Positions 24,456 to 39,595 of a stretch of DNA of 64,000 nucleotides are shown here, one piece after another. A model generated the notes under the pieces. That model was not told the DNA's origin. It ran no database searches and saw only the letters and a program-made list of their open reading frames with translations. How positions within the stretch are numbered: the stretch's first letter is position 1; each line of letters starts with the position of its first letter. The stretch comes from Eledone cirrhosa (lineage: Eukaryota), in contig OZ024764.1 in assembly GCA_964016885.1 (NCBI GenBank), forward strand, positions 14,818,001 to 14,882,000, given 5' to 3'. Made by a program: the position numbers and the translations under genes.

Positions 24456-24699
24456 TCTCTCTCCATCCCCATATCCTCCCCACCATCGCCACCCCCAAGA
24501 ATGCTTCATGTCACCCCTTCCTCCCTCTCCCCCTCTCCCCCTCTCCCCAGCATATCTACAGGGAGGCAGGGGTGGGTGACAGAGTGAAAGGGACCCTGGG
24601 ATTTCCACATGCTTCAGCACCCAATAATATTGTCTCCCCTCCACCCCACCCCAGGGCAGGTGATAACCTCCCTAGGAGATGCAAGAACCACACCCCCCA

Positions 24700-27600
24700 C
24701 CACACTATACCACACTACACTACACCACACCACACTACACTATACTACACCACACTACACTACACTACACTACACTACACCATTCCACACCACACCACAC
24801 CACACTATACCACACTACACTACACCACACCAAACTACACTACACTACACTACACCACACCACACCACACTACACTACACTACACTACACTACACTACAC
24901 TACACCACACTACACTACACTACACCATACTACACCATACTACACCATACTATACCACACTACACTACACCACACCACACTACACTATACTACACCACAC
25001 TACACTACACTACACTACACCATTCCACACCACACCACACCACACTATACCACACTACACTACACCACACCAAACTACACTACACTACACTACACCACAC
25101 CACACCACACTACACTACACTACACTACACTACACTACACTACACCACACTACACTACACTACACCACACTACACTACACTACACTACACTACACTACAC
25201 TACACCACACTACACTACACTACACTACACTACACTACACCACACCACACTACACTACACCACACTACACCATTCCACACCACACCACACCACACTACAC
25301 TACACTACACTACCCCACACTACACTACACTACACTACACCACACTACACTACACCACACTACACCACACTACACCACACCACACCACATTACACTACAC
25401 TACACTACACTACACCACACCACACCACACCACACTACACTACACCACACTACACCACACCACACCACACTACACTACACTACACTACACTACACTACAC
25501 TACACTACACTACACCACACCACACTACACTACACTACACTACACTACACTACACTACACCACACTACACTACACTACACTACACTACACTACACCACAC
25601 CACACTACACTACACTACACCACACCACACTACACCACACCACACCACACTACACTACACCACACCACACCACACCACACCACACTACACTACACTACAC
25701 TACACTACACTACACTACACTACACTACACCACACTACACTACACTACACTACACTACACTACACTACACCACACTACACTACACCACACCACACCACAC
25801 TACACTACACTACACTACACCACACTACACTACACTACACTACACTACACTACACTACACTACACTACACTACACTACACCACACTACACTACACTACAC
25901 TACACTACACCACACTACACTACACTACACTACACCACACCACACCACACCACACTACACTACACTACACCACACCACACTACACCACACTACACTACAC
26001 TACACCACACCACACTACACTACACTACACTACACTACACCACACCACACTACACTACACTACACCACACCACACCACACTACACTACACCACACCACAC
26101 TACACTACACTACACCACACCACATTACACTACACTACACTACACTACACCACACTACACTACACTACACCACACCACACTACACTACACTACACTACAC
26201 CACACCACACTACACTACACTACACCACACTACACTACACCACACTACACTACACCACACTACACCACACTACACCACACTACACTACACCACACTACAC
26301 CACACCATGCTACACTACACCACACTACACTACACTACACCACACTACACTACACTACACTACACCACACCACACCACACTACACTACACTACACCACAC
26401 TACACTACACCACACTACACTACACTACACCACACTACACTACACCACACTACACTACACCACACTACACTACACCACACCATGCTACACTACACCACAC
26501 TACACTACACTACACTACACCACACTACACTACACTACACTACACTACACCACACCACACCACACCACACTACACTACACTACACTACACTACACTACAC
26601 CACACCACACTACACTACACCACACCACACTACACTACACTACACTACACTACACCACACTACACTACACCACACTACACTACACTACACTACACTACAC
26701 TACACTACACTACACTACACTACACTACACCACACTACACCACACTACACTACACTGCACTAAACTACACTACACTACACTACACTACACTACACTGCAC
26801 TACACCACACTACACTACACCACACCACACTACACTACACTACACTACACTACACTACACTACACTACACTACACTACACTACACTACACTACACTACAC
26901 TACACTACACCACACTACACTACACTACACTACACCACACTACACTACACTACACTACACTACACTACACTACACTACACTACACTACACTACACCACAC
27001 TACACCACACTGCACTACACTACACTACACTACACCACACGACACTACATTACACCACACCACACTACACCACACTACACCACACTACACTACACCACAC
27101 TACACTACACTACACTACCCTACAATACACCACACCACACCACACTACCCTACACAACACCACACTACACCACACCACACCACACTACACTACACTACAC
27201 TACACCACACTACACTACACTACACTACACCACACTACACTACACCACACTACACTACACCACGCTACACTACACCACACTACACTACACTACACCACAC
27301 TACACTACACCACACTACACTACTCTACACTACACTACACTGCACCACACCACACCACACCATACCACACCACACCACCACACCACACCACACCACCACA
27401 CCACACCACACCATACCACACCACCACACTACACCACACCACACCACACCACACCACCACACCACACCACACCACACCACACCACACCACACCACCACAC
27501 CACACCACACCACACCACACCACACCACACTACACTACACCACACTACATCACACCACACTACACTACACCACACTACATCACACCACACTACACTACAC

Positions 27601-28105
27601 CACACTACACTACACCACACTACACTACTCTACACTACACTACACTGCACCACACCACACCACCACACCACACCACACCACACCATACCACACCACACCA
27701 CACCACACCACACCACCACACCACACCACACCACACCACACCACACCACACCACCACACCACACCACACCACACTACACTACACTACACTACACTACACT
27801 ACACCACACCACACCACACCACACCACACCACACCACACTACACTACACCACACCACACCACTACACCACACCACCACACCACACCACACCACCACACCA
27901 CACCACACCACACCACACCACACCACCACACCACACCACACCACACCACACCACACTACACTACACCACACCACACCACACCACACCACACTACACTACA
28001 CCACACCACACCACTACACCACACCACCACACCACACCACACCACTACACCACACTACACCACACCACTACACCACACCACCACACCACACCACACCACC
28101 ACCAC
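24700..28105. repeat. (CACTA/CACCA)n pentanucleotide satellite, 3.4 kb
   Basis: Direct reading. Confidence 0.95.
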
Positions 28106-28351
28106 CAAACATCCTACACTAAACGTTTTCGCGCCTTTTTACATCGGTAACTGAATCGTTATCACAATCTACCACTTAACACCTTTAATTAGAATCTTTG
28201 TTCTCGAATGTCCACCCCTCCACCACCGCACTCGTTACCTCTCTCTCTCTCTCACCTTCCACCCTCAAAGCCAATGTCAAGTGCCAACTATTATAGATAT
28301 TTGACTATGTTGTATATATATATATACACATGCACACACATATATATATAT

Positions 28352-31300
28352 ATCATCATCATCATCATCATTTTACGTCCACTTTTCCCTGCTTTCAAGG
28401 GTAGGGTGGGTCCTATTCAGCACAGCATCTCTCCACTTGTCACAGTCCTTTGTCATTTCCTCTGTGAGGCTTCAGCAATCTGAGGTCAGCTCTCACCACC
28501 TCCGCCCATGTTTTTCGTGGTCTACCTCTTCTACGTCTTCCTTCTACTGGGATTTCTTGGCACTTCTTCACCCAGCAGTCAACCTCCATGCACATCACAT
28601 GTCCATACCATCTCAGTCTTCTCTCCCACACACTACAACTTATCCCTCTTATACACAGTTCCTCTCTCAACATATCACATGTCCATACCATCTCAGTCTT
28701 CTCTCCCACACACCACAACTTATCCCTCTTATACCCAGTTTCTCTCTCAACACATCACATGTCCATACCATCTCAGTCTTCTCTCCCACACACTACAACT
28801 TATCCCTCTTATACACAGTTTCTCTCTCAACTCATCACATGTCCATACCATCTCAGTCTTCTCTCCCACACACCACAACTTATCCCTCTTATACCCAGTT
28901 TCTCTCTCAACACATCACATGTCCATACCATCTCAGTCTTCTCTCCCACACACTACAACTTATCCCTCTTATACCCAGTTTCTCTCTCAACACATCACAT
29001 GTCCATACCATCTCAGTCTTCTCTCCCACACACTACAACTTATCCCTCTTATACACAGTTTCTCTCTCAACTCATCACATGTCCATACCATCTCAGTCTT
29101 CTCTCCCACACACTACAACTTATCCCTCTTATACACAGTTTCTCTCTCAACTCATCACATGTCCATACCATCTCAGTCTTCTCTCCCACGCACTACAACT
29201 TATCCCTCTTATACACAGTTTCTCTCTCAACTCATCACATGTCCATACCATCTCAGTCTTCTCTCCCACACACCACAACTTATCCCTCTTATACACAGTT
29301 TCTCTCTCAACACATCACATGTCCATACCATCTCAGTCTTCTCTCCCACACACCACAACTTATCCCTCTTATACACAGTTTCTCTCTCAACACATCACAT
29401 GTCCATACCATCTCAGTCTTCTCTCCCACACACTACAACTTATCCCTCTTATACCCAGTTTCTCTCTCAACACATCACATGTCCATACCATCTCAGTCTT
29501 CTCTCCCACACACTACAACTTATCCCTCTTATACACAGTTTCTCTCTCAACTCATCACATGTCCATACCATCTCAGTCTTCTCTCCCACACACTACAACT
29601 TATCCCTCTTATACACAGTTTCTCTCTCAACTCATCACATGTCCATACCATCTCAGTCTTCTCTCCCACGCACTACAACTTATCCCTCTTATACACAGTT
29701 TCTCTCTCAACTCATCACATGTCCATACCATCTCAGTCTTCTCTCCCACACACCACAACTTATCCCTCTTATACACAGTTTCTCTCTCAACACATCACAT
29801 GTCCATACCATCTCAGTCTTCTCTCCCACACACTACAACTTATCCCTCTTATACACAGTTTCTCTCTCAACTCATCACATGTCCAAACTATCTCAGTCTT
29901 CTCTCCCACACATCACAACTTATCCCTCTTATACACAGTTTCTCTCTCAACACATCACATGTCCATACCATCTCAGTCTTCTCTCCCACACACCACAACT
30001 TATCCGTCTTATACACAGTTTCTCTCTCAACACATCACATGTCCATACCATCTCAGTCTTCTCTCCCGCACACTACAACTTATCCCTCTTATACACAGTT
30101 TCTCTCTCAACTCATCACATGTCCATACCATCTCAGTCTTCTCTCCCACACACCACAACTTATCCCTCTTATACACAGTTTCTCTCTCAACTCATCACAT
30201 GTCCATACCATCTCAGTCTTCTCTCCCACACACTACAACTTATCCCTCTTATACACAGTTTCTCTCTCAACTCATCACATGTCCATACCATCTCAGTCTT
30301 CTCTCCCACGCACTACAACTTATCCCTCTTATACACAGTTTCTCTCTCAACTCATCACATGTCCATACCATCTCAGTCTTCTCTCCCACACACCACAACT
30401 TATCCCTCTTATACACAGTTTCTCTCTCAACACATCACATGTCCATACCATCTCAGTCTTCTCTCCCACACACTACAACTTATCCCTCTTATACACAGTT
30501 TCTCTCTCAACACATCACATGTCCATACCATCTCAGTCTTCTCTCCCACACACATTTTCTCTCTCAACACATCACATGTCCATACCATCTCAGTCTTCTC
30601 TCCCACACACCACAACTTATCCCTCTTATACCCAGTTTCTCTCTCAACACATCACATGTCCATACCATCTCAGTCTTCTCTCCCACACACCACAACTTAT
30701 CCCTCTTATACCCAGTTTCTCTCTCAACACATCACATGTCCATACCATCTCAGTCTTCTCTCCCACACACCACAACTTATCCCTCTTATACCCAGTTTCT
30801 CTCTCAACACATCACATGTCCATACCATCTCAGTCTTCTCTCCCACACACCACAACTTATCCCTCTTATACCCAGTTTCTCTCTCAACACATCACATGTC
30901 CATACCATCTCAGTCTTCTCTCCCACACACTACAACTTATCCCTCTTATACACAGTTTCTCTCTCAACACATCACATGTCCATACCATCTCAGTCTTCTC
31001 TCCCACACACAGTTTCTCTCTCAACACATCACATGTCCATACCATCTCAGTCTTCTCTCCCACACACCACAACTTATCCCTCTTATACCCAGTTTCTCTC
31101 TCAACACATCACATGTCCATACCATCTCAGTCTTCTCTCCCACACACCACAACTTATCCCTCTTATACCCAGTTTCTCTCTCAACACATCACATGTCCAT
31201 ACCATCTCAGTCTTCTCTCCCACACACCACAACTTATCCCTCTTATACACAGTTCCTCTCTCAACACATCACATGTCCATACTATCTCAGTTTTCTCTCC

Positions 31301-32085
31301 CGCACACTACAACTTATCCCTCTTATACACAGTTTCTCTCTCAACTCATCACATGTCCATACCATCTCAGTCTTCTCTCCCACACACCACAACTTATCCC
31401 TCTTATACCCAGTTTCTCTCTCAACACATCACATGTCCATACCACCTCAGTCTTCTCTCCCACACACCACAACTTATCCCTCTTATACCCAGTTTCTCTC
31501 TCAACACATCACATGTCCATACCATCTCAGTCTTCTCTCCCACACACCACAACTTATCCCTCTTATACCCAGTTCCTCTCTCAACACATCACATGTCCAT
31601 ACCATCTCAGTCTTCTCTCCTACATACCACAACTTATCCCTCTTATACACAGTTTCTCTCTCAACTCATCACATGTCCATACCATCTCAGTCTTCTCTCT
31701 CACACACCACAACTTATCCCTCTTATACCCAGTTTCTCTCTCAACACATCACATGTCCATACCACCTCAGTCTTCTCTCCCACACACCACAACTTATCCC
31801 TCTTATACCCAGTTTCTCTCTCAACACATCACATGTCCATACCATCTCAGTCTTCTCTCCCACACACCACAACTTATCCCTCTTATACCCAGTTCCTCTC
31901 TCAACACATCACATGTCCATACCATCTCAGTCTTCTCTCCTACATACCACAACTTATCCCTCTTATACACAGTTTCTCTCTCAAATCATCCATGCTGGGT
32001 CGTTCACACACATTGACATTGCACATACAACGGAGCATGCTTGCCTCATTTCTCTCCAGCCGTCGCATATCCTCTGCAGTTGCTG
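28352..32085 (-). mobile_element. RTE-clade LINE 3' end interrupted by an 80 bp tandem expansion of its own ORF
   Basis: Minus translation EDMRRLERNEASMLRCMCNV..LREKL..RRLRWYGHVM..VKKCQEIPVEGRRRRGRPRKTW; 3' end finishing in (GAT)n, matching 37615-37737. Confidence 0.85.
28592..31984. repeat. 80 bp satellite, ~42 copies, two with internal deletions
   Basis: GTCCATACCA recurs every 80 bp; shortened units near 30550 and 31010. Confidence 0.95.
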
Positions 32086-32266
32086 TATATATATATATAC
32101 ACACATACATATATGTATATATATATGTATGTATGAAAAAAGTCAGGACCCCGTTTCGATAACTAGATCCAGACCACTATTGATCAGCTCAAGGTTCGAT
32201 CTGTATTGATCTGACCTGACTCTGGAATCAAAAGCTTGTCGGACTTCTGTTATGGTAATGACCCAA

Positions 32267-32311
<45 letters not shown>

Positions 32312-32329
32312 CTAGGGTGAGTAAAATTC

Positions 32330-32750
32330 CCGAGATTCATGGATGAGTTCTCTCCAGCGGTCTCTGTCCCTCATCATCGCTGCCATGTCCTGCGTCTCCA
32401 AGAGACCAGTGTCTGTCTTTAGGACATCAACATATGTTAACCTCGGTCTCCCCTTCCAGTGTGTCCATGTAGGGGCTCCCACAGGAGCACTGAGTGCAGT
32501 GTCAACTCTGGATGTCGGTGAGCATGTCCAGCTAACCTCAGTCTCCTCGGTGTCACTTTTGAGCTGACATTTGGGATGCTCCCATACTGCTCTGAGTTCT
32601 TCATCCTCAGTGTATACTGATTAATGTTCAGAGCCATCCTCAGCATTCTCGTGTAGCACCCATCCACCATCTGAGTGAGTTTCTTGGTCAGTGTCCAAGT
32701 CTCAGACCCGTACAACAGCACAGACCCCACTACAGCAACGAAGAGACGGA
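32330..32750 (-). mobile_element. RTE-related LINE ORF C-terminal fragment (second family)
   Basis: VGSVLLYGSETWTLTKK..DGCYTRMLRMALNI..RRLRLAGH..LLWEP..GRG. Confidence 0.8.
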
Positions 32751-32754
32751 CCCC

Positions 32755-32995
32755 AGGTCTGAACGAAGGTCCGACCTCCACACCATGATGTGCCATGAGG
32801 TGCCATGATTTTTGGTCAAACATCCAAACCACTAGGCCATCCATCACAGGGTTAAATCCTCAGCTATTGCTGGTACTTATCTTGATTTCTTTGGCGTGAA
32901 GCGACTGAGAATACAAGACTTCCCCCTGGACAGGAGGCCAGTCCATTGCAGGGTTAAACTCCCAGCTATTGCTGGTACTCATTTTCATACTGGCA
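32755..32995 (-). mobile_element. SINE fragments (tRNA-like head plus conserved central-domain-like piece)
   Basis: Minus strand TGGCCTAGTGGTTTGGATGTTTGAC (A box) and CCTGCAATGGACTGGCCTCCTGTCCAGGGG. Confidence 0.5.
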
Positions 32996-33267
32996 CAGAG
33001 ACATCCCTGGCCAACAAGGTCCTGTGTTAAAGCACAGAGACATCTCTGGCCAACAGGGCCTTGTGTTAAAGCACAGCTAAGTAAAGTGGTAAATCCGGCA
33101 CAACACATACATCAGTTTCAATACCATATTGATAACTATTGATAACTGTTGATTGATTTATCATGTTTTTAAATCTCACACACTCTTGCTTCTAGGAAGT
33201 TAAAATATTTTATCAACCAAATCAACCAATTATTACACAGCATTATGTTGAAAGAGGGTGTAGCATT

Positions 33268-36200
33268 TGTGGCCTAGTGGTTAGGGTGTTGGACTGGTTG
33301 GTGTGTGGTCTAGTGGTTAGGGTGTTGGACTGGTTGGTGTGTGGTCTAGTGGTTAGGGTGTTGGACTGGTTGGTGTGTGGTCTAGTGGTTAGGGTGTTGG
33401 ACTGGTTGGTGTGTGGTCTAGTGGTTAGGGTGTTGGGCTGGTTGGTGTGTGGTCTAGTGGTTAGGGTGTTGGGCTGGTTGGTGTGTGGTCTAGTGGTTAG
33501 GGTGTTGGACTGGTTGGTGTGTGGTCTAGTGGTTAGGGTGTTGGGCTGGTTGGTGTGTGGTCTAGTGGTTAGGGTGTTGGACTGGTTGGTGTGTGGTCTA
33601 GTGGTTAGGGTGTTGGAGTGGTTGGTGTGTGGTCTAGTGGTTAGGGTGTTGGGCTGGTTGGTGTGTGGTCTAGTGGTTAGGGTGTTGGACTGGTTGGTGT
33701 GTGGTCTAGTGGTTAGGGTGTTGGACTGGTTGGTGTGTGGTCTAGTGGTTAGGGTGTTGGACTGGTTGGTGTGTGGTCTAGTGGTTAGGGTGTTGGGCTG
33801 GTTGGTGTGTGGTCTAGTGGTTAGGGTGTTGGACTGGTTGGTGTGTGGTCTAGTGGTTAGGGTGTTGGACTGGTTGGTGTGTGGTCTAGTGGTTAGGGTG
33901 TTGGACTGGTTGGTGTGTGGTCTAGTGGTTAGGGTGTTGGAGTGGTTGGTGTGTGGTCTAGTGGTTAGGGTGTTGGGCTGGTTGGTGTGTGGTCTAGTGG
34001 TTAGGGTGTTGGACTGGTTGGTGTGTGGTCTAGTGGTTAGGGTGTTGGACTGGTTGGTGTGTGGTCTAGTGGTTAGGGTGTTGGACTGGTTGGTGTGTGG
34101 TCTAGTGGTTAGGGTGTTGGACTGGTTGGTGTGTGGTCTAGTGGTTAGGGTGTTGGACTGGTTGGTGTGTGGTCTAGTGGTTAGGGTGTTGGAGTGGTTG
34201 GTGTGTGGTCTAGTGGTTAGGGTGTTGGGCTGGTTGGTGTGTGGTCTAGTGGTTAGGGTGTTGGACTGGTTGGTGTGTGGTCTAGTGGTTAGGGTGTTGG
34301 GCTGGTTGGTGTGTGGTCTAGTGGTTAGGGTGTTGGACTGGTTGGTGTGTGGTCTAGTGGTTAGGGTGTTGGACTGGTTGGTGTGTGGTCTAGTGGTTAG
34401 GGTGTTGGACTGGTTGGTGTGTGGTCTAGTGGTTAGGGTGTTGGAGTGGTTGGTGTGTGGTCTAGTGGTTAGGGTGTTGGGCTGGTTGGTGTGTGGTCTA
34501 GTGGTTAGGGTGTTGGACTGGTTGGTGTGTGGTCTAGTGGTTAGGGTGTTGGGCTGGTTGGTGTGTGGTCTAGTGGTTAGGGTGTTGGACTGGTTGGTGT
34601 GTGGTCTAGTGGTTAGGGTGTTGGACTGGTTGGTGTGTGGTCTAGTGGTTAGGGTGTTGGACTGGTTGGTGTGTGGTCTAGTGGTTAGGGTGTTGGAGTG
34701 GTTGGTGTGTGGTCTAGTGGTTAGGGTGTTGGGCTGGTTGGTGTGTGGTCTAGTGGTTAGGGTGTTGGACTGGTTGGTGTGTGGTCTAGTGGTTAGGGTG
34801 TTGGACTGGTTGGTGTGTGGTCTAGTGGTTAGGGTGTTGGACTGGTTGGTGTGTGGTCTAGTGGTTAGGGTGTTAGACTGGTTGGTGTGTGGTCTAGTGG
34901 TTAGGGTGTTAGACTGGTTGGTGTGTGGTCTAGTGGTTAGGGTGTTAGACTGGTTGGTGTGTGGTCTACTTGGTTAGGGTGTTGGACTGGTTGGTGTGTG
35001 GTCTAGTGGTTAGGGTGTTGGACTGGTTGGTGTGTGGTCTACTTGGTTAGGGTGTTGGACTGGTTGGTGTGTGGTCTAGTGGTTAGGGTGTTGGACTGGT
35101 TGGTGTGTGGTCTAGTGGTTAGGGTGTTGGGCTGGTTGGTGTGTGGTCTAGCGGTTAGGGTGTTGGACTGGTTGGTGTGTGGTCTACTTGGTTAGGGTGT
35201 TGGACTGGTTGGTGTGTGGTCTAGTGGTTAGGGTGTTGGACTGGTTGGTGTGTGGTCTAGTGGTTAGGGTGTTGGGCTGGTTGGTGTGTGGTCTAGTGGT
35301 TAGGGTGTTGGGCTGGTTGGTGTGTGGTCTAGTGGTTAGGGTGTTGGACTGGTTGGTGTGTGGTCTAGCGGTTAGGGTGTTGGACTGGTTGGTGTGTGGT
35401 CTAGTGGTTAGGGTGTTGGGCTGGTTGGTGTGTGGTCTAGTGGTTAGGGTGTTGGACTGGTTGGTGTGTGGTCTAGTGGTTAGGGTGTTGGACTGGTTGG
35501 TGTGTGGTCTAGTGGTTAGGGTGTTGGACTGGTTGGTGTGTGGTCTAGTGGTTAGGGTGTTAGACTGGTTGGTGTGTGGTCTAGTGGTTAGGGTGTTAGA
35601 CTGGTTGGTGTGTGGTCTAGTGGTTAGGGTGTTGGACTGGTTGGTGTGTGGTCTAGTGGTTAGGGTGTTAGACTGGTTGGTGTGTGGTCTAGTGGTTAGG
35701 GTGTTAGACTGGTTGGTGTGTGGTCTAGTGGTTAGGGTGTTAGACTAGTTGGTGTGTGGTCTAGTGGTAAGGGTGTTGGACTGGTTGGTGTGTGGTCTAG
35801 TGGTTAGGGTGTTAGACTGGTTGGTGTGTGGTCTAGTGGTTAGGGTGTTAGACTGGTTGGTGTGTGGTCTAGTGGTTAGGGTGTTAGACTGGTTGGTGTG
35901 TGGTCTAGTGGTTAGGGTGTTAGACTAGTTGGTGTGTGGTCTAGTGGTAAGGGTGTTGGACTGGTTGGTGTGTGGTCTAGTGGTTAGGGTGTTAGACTGG
36001 TTGGTGTGTGGTCTAGTGGTTAGGGTGTTAGACTGGTTGGTGTGTGGTTTAGTGGTTAGGGTGTTGGACTGGTTGGTGTGTGGTCTAGTGGTAAGGGTGT
36101 TAGACTGGTTGGTGTGTGGTCTAGTGGTTAGGGTGTTAGACTGGTTGGTGTGTGGTCTAGTGGTTAGGGTGTTGGACTAGTTGGTGTGTGGTCTAGTGGT

Positions 36201-36870
36201 AAGGGTGTTGGACTGGTTGGTGTGTGGTCTAGTGGTTAGGGTGTTGGACTGGTTGGTGTGTGGTCTAGTGGTTAGGGTGTTAGACTAGTTGGTGTGTGGT
36301 CTAGTGGTTAGGGTGTTGGACTGGTTGGTGTGTGGTCTAGTGGTTAGGGTGTTGGACTGGTTGGTGTGTGGTCTAGTGGTTAGGGTGTTGGACTGGTTGG
36401 TGTGTGGTCTAGTGGTTAGGGTGTTGGACTGGTTGGTGTGTGGTCTAGTGGTTAGGGTGTTGGACTGGTTGGTGTGTGGTCTAGTGGTTAGGGTGTTGGA
36501 CTGGTTGGTGTGTGGTCTAGTGGTTAGGGTGTTGGACTGGTTGGTGTGTGGTCTAGTGGTTAGGGTGTTGGACTGGTTGGTGTGTGGTCTAGTGGTTAGG
36601 GTGTTGGACTGGTTGGTGTGTGGTCTAGTGGTTAGGGTGTTGGACTGGTTGGTGTGTGGTCTAGTGGTAAGGGTGTTGGACTGGTTGGTGTGTGGTCTAG
36701 TGGTTAGGGTGTTAGACTGGTTGGTGTGTGGTCTAGTGGTAAGGGTGTTGGACTGGTTGGTGTGTGGTCTAGTGGTTAGGGTGTTGGACTGGATGGTGTG
36801 TGGTCTAGTGGTTAGGGTGTTGGACTGGTTGGTGTGTGGTCTAGTGGTAAGGGTGTTGGACTGGATGGTG
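33268..36870 (+). repeat. 36 bp satellite, ~100 copies, derived from a tRNA/SINE head
   Basis: GTGTGTGGTCTAGTGGTTAGGGTGTTGGACTGGTTG; contains Pol III A box TGGTCTAGTGG and usually one TTAGGG per unit. Confidence 0.9.
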
Positions 36871-36882
36871 TATATATATATA

Positions 36883-36948
36883 TGATGAATAAACTGGATG
36901 TTTATATTAGAATCCTCTAGTTTCTGGAAACCTTTGGTAATGAAATAA
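36883..36948 (+). ncRNA. 5'-truncated hammerhead, family E
   Basis: TGATGA-(AAACTGGA..TCTAGTTT)-GAAA-CC TTT GG-TA-ATGAAATAA; first C and 5' stem I replaced by (TA)n. Confidence 0.65.
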
Positions 36949-37035
36949 TTATATTGTGTTGTTTATAACATAATTAAATAGCTCTGCACTATACATTGAG
37001 CACTCTTCTTTCCTTTACCTTTTCTACAGAAATAC

Positions 37036-37092
<57 letters not shown>

Positions 37093-37093
37093 G

Positions 37094-37154
<61 letters not shown>

Positions 37155-37239
37155 AAAAGGTAAACAGAAATAACACCACAATCAGTACAGTATATGGAAG
37201 GGATATATTAGGTTAACGTTTGATATAGCAGGAAGAGGG

Positions 37240-37275
37240 TCTTAACGTTTCGGACGCTAGTCCTTCATCAGAAGA
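37240..37275 (-). ncRNA. Minimal type I hammerhead of classic Penelope-like form, family F
   Basis: Minus strand TCTT-CTGATGA-A-GGAC TAGC GTCC-GAAACGTT-AAGA. Confidence 0.85.
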
Positions 37276-37374
37276 AAGAATGAGAAATAAGGTAGATTGA
37301 GGGGCCCGGGAAGGGATGGAATTGGAAAAAATGTCTTTAGATAAAAATAACAGGTCCTTTGATGTTGTAGACAT

Positions 37375-37491
37375 GGTCACCCGACCAATCTTGCCTCAAG
37401 TGGGACAACTTCCGTCTAACCCATGCTAGCGTGGAAGATAGACGTTAAACGATGATGATGATACACACATATATATATATATATATATATA

Positions 37492-37563
<72 letters not shown>

Positions 37564-37737
37564 CATATATATGTACACAATAATTTTCATTTTCATTATT
37601 ATATATGTGTGAAGACGCAGTCGAGGAAGCTCACGGTGAAGATGACGAAGGACCGTGACAAGTGGAGAGATGCTGTGCTGAATAGGACCCGTCCCACCCT
37701 TGCAAGCAGGGAAAAGCGGACATAAAATGATGATGAT
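37375..37737 (+). mobile_element. Two RTE-type 3' tails ending in (GAT)n
   Basis: CCCATGCTAGCGTGGAAGATAGACGTTAAAC(GAT)n (related copies at 41152-41215, 47150-47245) and GACAAGTGGAGAGATGCTGTGCTGAATAGGACC..(GAT)n. Confidence 0.7.
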
Positions 37738-37746
37738 ATATATATA

Positions 37747-37803
<57 letters not shown>

Positions 37804-38111
37804 TTATATATATATTTATTTATATATATATTTATATATATATTTATATATATATTTATATATATATTTATTTATATATATATTTATATATATATTTATA
37901 TATATATATTTATATATATTTATATATATATATTTATTTATATATATATTTATATATATATTTATATATATATATATTTATATATATATTTATATATATA
38001 TTTATATATATATATATTTATATATATATTTATATATATATTTATATATATATTTATATATATATGCAAAGTTTTATTTAAATTGTTGGGTTACAAAGAC
38101 TGTTTATATTG

Positions 38112-38177
38112 TATTTTGTCTGAAGAAGGCATACCAAATTTTTAATATGATATCCCTGAAATATATATAATGAAATA
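38112..38177 (+). ncRNA. Type I hammerhead ribozyme, family G
   Basis: TATTTTGT-CTGAAGA-AGG..CCT-GAAA-TATATATA-ATGAAATA; second copy at 63858-63923 (-); upstream flank also at 8950-8985. Confidence 0.75.
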
Positions 38178-38287
38178 AATATGGTTTTATAAATATAGTT
38201 TCCATTTATTTAATATTTATATATATATATATATTTATATATTTATATATATATTTATATATATATATATTTATATATATTTATATT

Positions 38288-38389
<102 letters not shown>

Positions 38390-38645
38390 TATATATATAT
38401 ATACATATATATATACACACACATAAATATATATATATATACACACACATATATATATATATATATATAGGTGAAAACGCAACTGGTATCATATCAACAA
38501 CAACAAGACATACCTTTTTGTTTTGGGTCCCGTACGGATTTTGATAACCGAGGGGGCCTCTTTGGGGCCAAAGACCAGCCAGAAACATCCCATTGTTGTG
38601 ATGGTACTACAACTACTAATACTACTGCTGCTACTAGTAATACTA

Positions 38646-38695
<50 letters not shown>

Positions 38696-38862
38696 GCTGT
38701 TGAGAGTTCTTGATTATATATATATATATATGTGTATGAGTGTGAGTGTGTGTATGAGTGTATGTATACATATACACATGTATATGTCTGTATATATATA
38801 CACACATATATATATATATACTTACATACACACACACACACATATATACATATATACATTCG

Positions 38863-38900
<38 letters not shown>

Positions 38901-38934
38901 TAAATATATATATATATACATATATATAGATAAA

Positions 38935-38981
<47 letters not shown>

Positions 38982-39071
38982 TAATATATATATATATATA
39001 TATACTTACATACACAAACATATACATATATACATTTTGTACATACATATATATATATATATACATAAATA

Positions 39072-39103
<32 letters not shown>

Positions 39104-39142
39104 CTTACATACACACACATATACATATATACGTACATACAG

Positions 39143-39185
<43 letters not shown>

Positions 39186-39193
39186 CATATATA

Positions 39194-39340
<147 letters not shown>

Positions 39341-39357
39341 GTATATATATCTATATA

Positions 39358-39399
<42 letters not shown>

Positions 39400-39400
<1 letters not shown>

Positions 39401-39595
39401 AGATACAGGACCAAGACAGCTTAGCTCCTGGCGTTTCTACACCTAGATCTAGTTCGAATCTAGCTGTAGAAACGGCTTGAGCTCTGCCATCGGGGTCTTG
39501 AACATTTTCCTATTACCCACTCTACTACCCTAAGTATTGAGTACTCTGGTGCGTTATGGTCCATCTGGTTCCTTACCACACTTCCTTCGTTATAT
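39400..39595 (+). mobile_element. Family C repeat (diverged hairpin plus tail)
   Basis: GCTGTA-GAAAC-GGC TTGAGCTCT GCC-ATC-GGGGTC followed by the family C tail. Confidence 0.65.

Noticed and set aside
24296-32209. ORFs over 1100 aa rich in His/Thr/Ser
   Set aside because: Translations of the pentamer and 80 bp satellites, open in all three plus frames
33277-36885. Hydrophobic VVRVLDWLVCGL repeat ORFs, or a telomere array
   Set aside because: 36 bp satellite with frameshifts and stops; TTAGGG occurs singly per unit, not as tandem telomeric repeats
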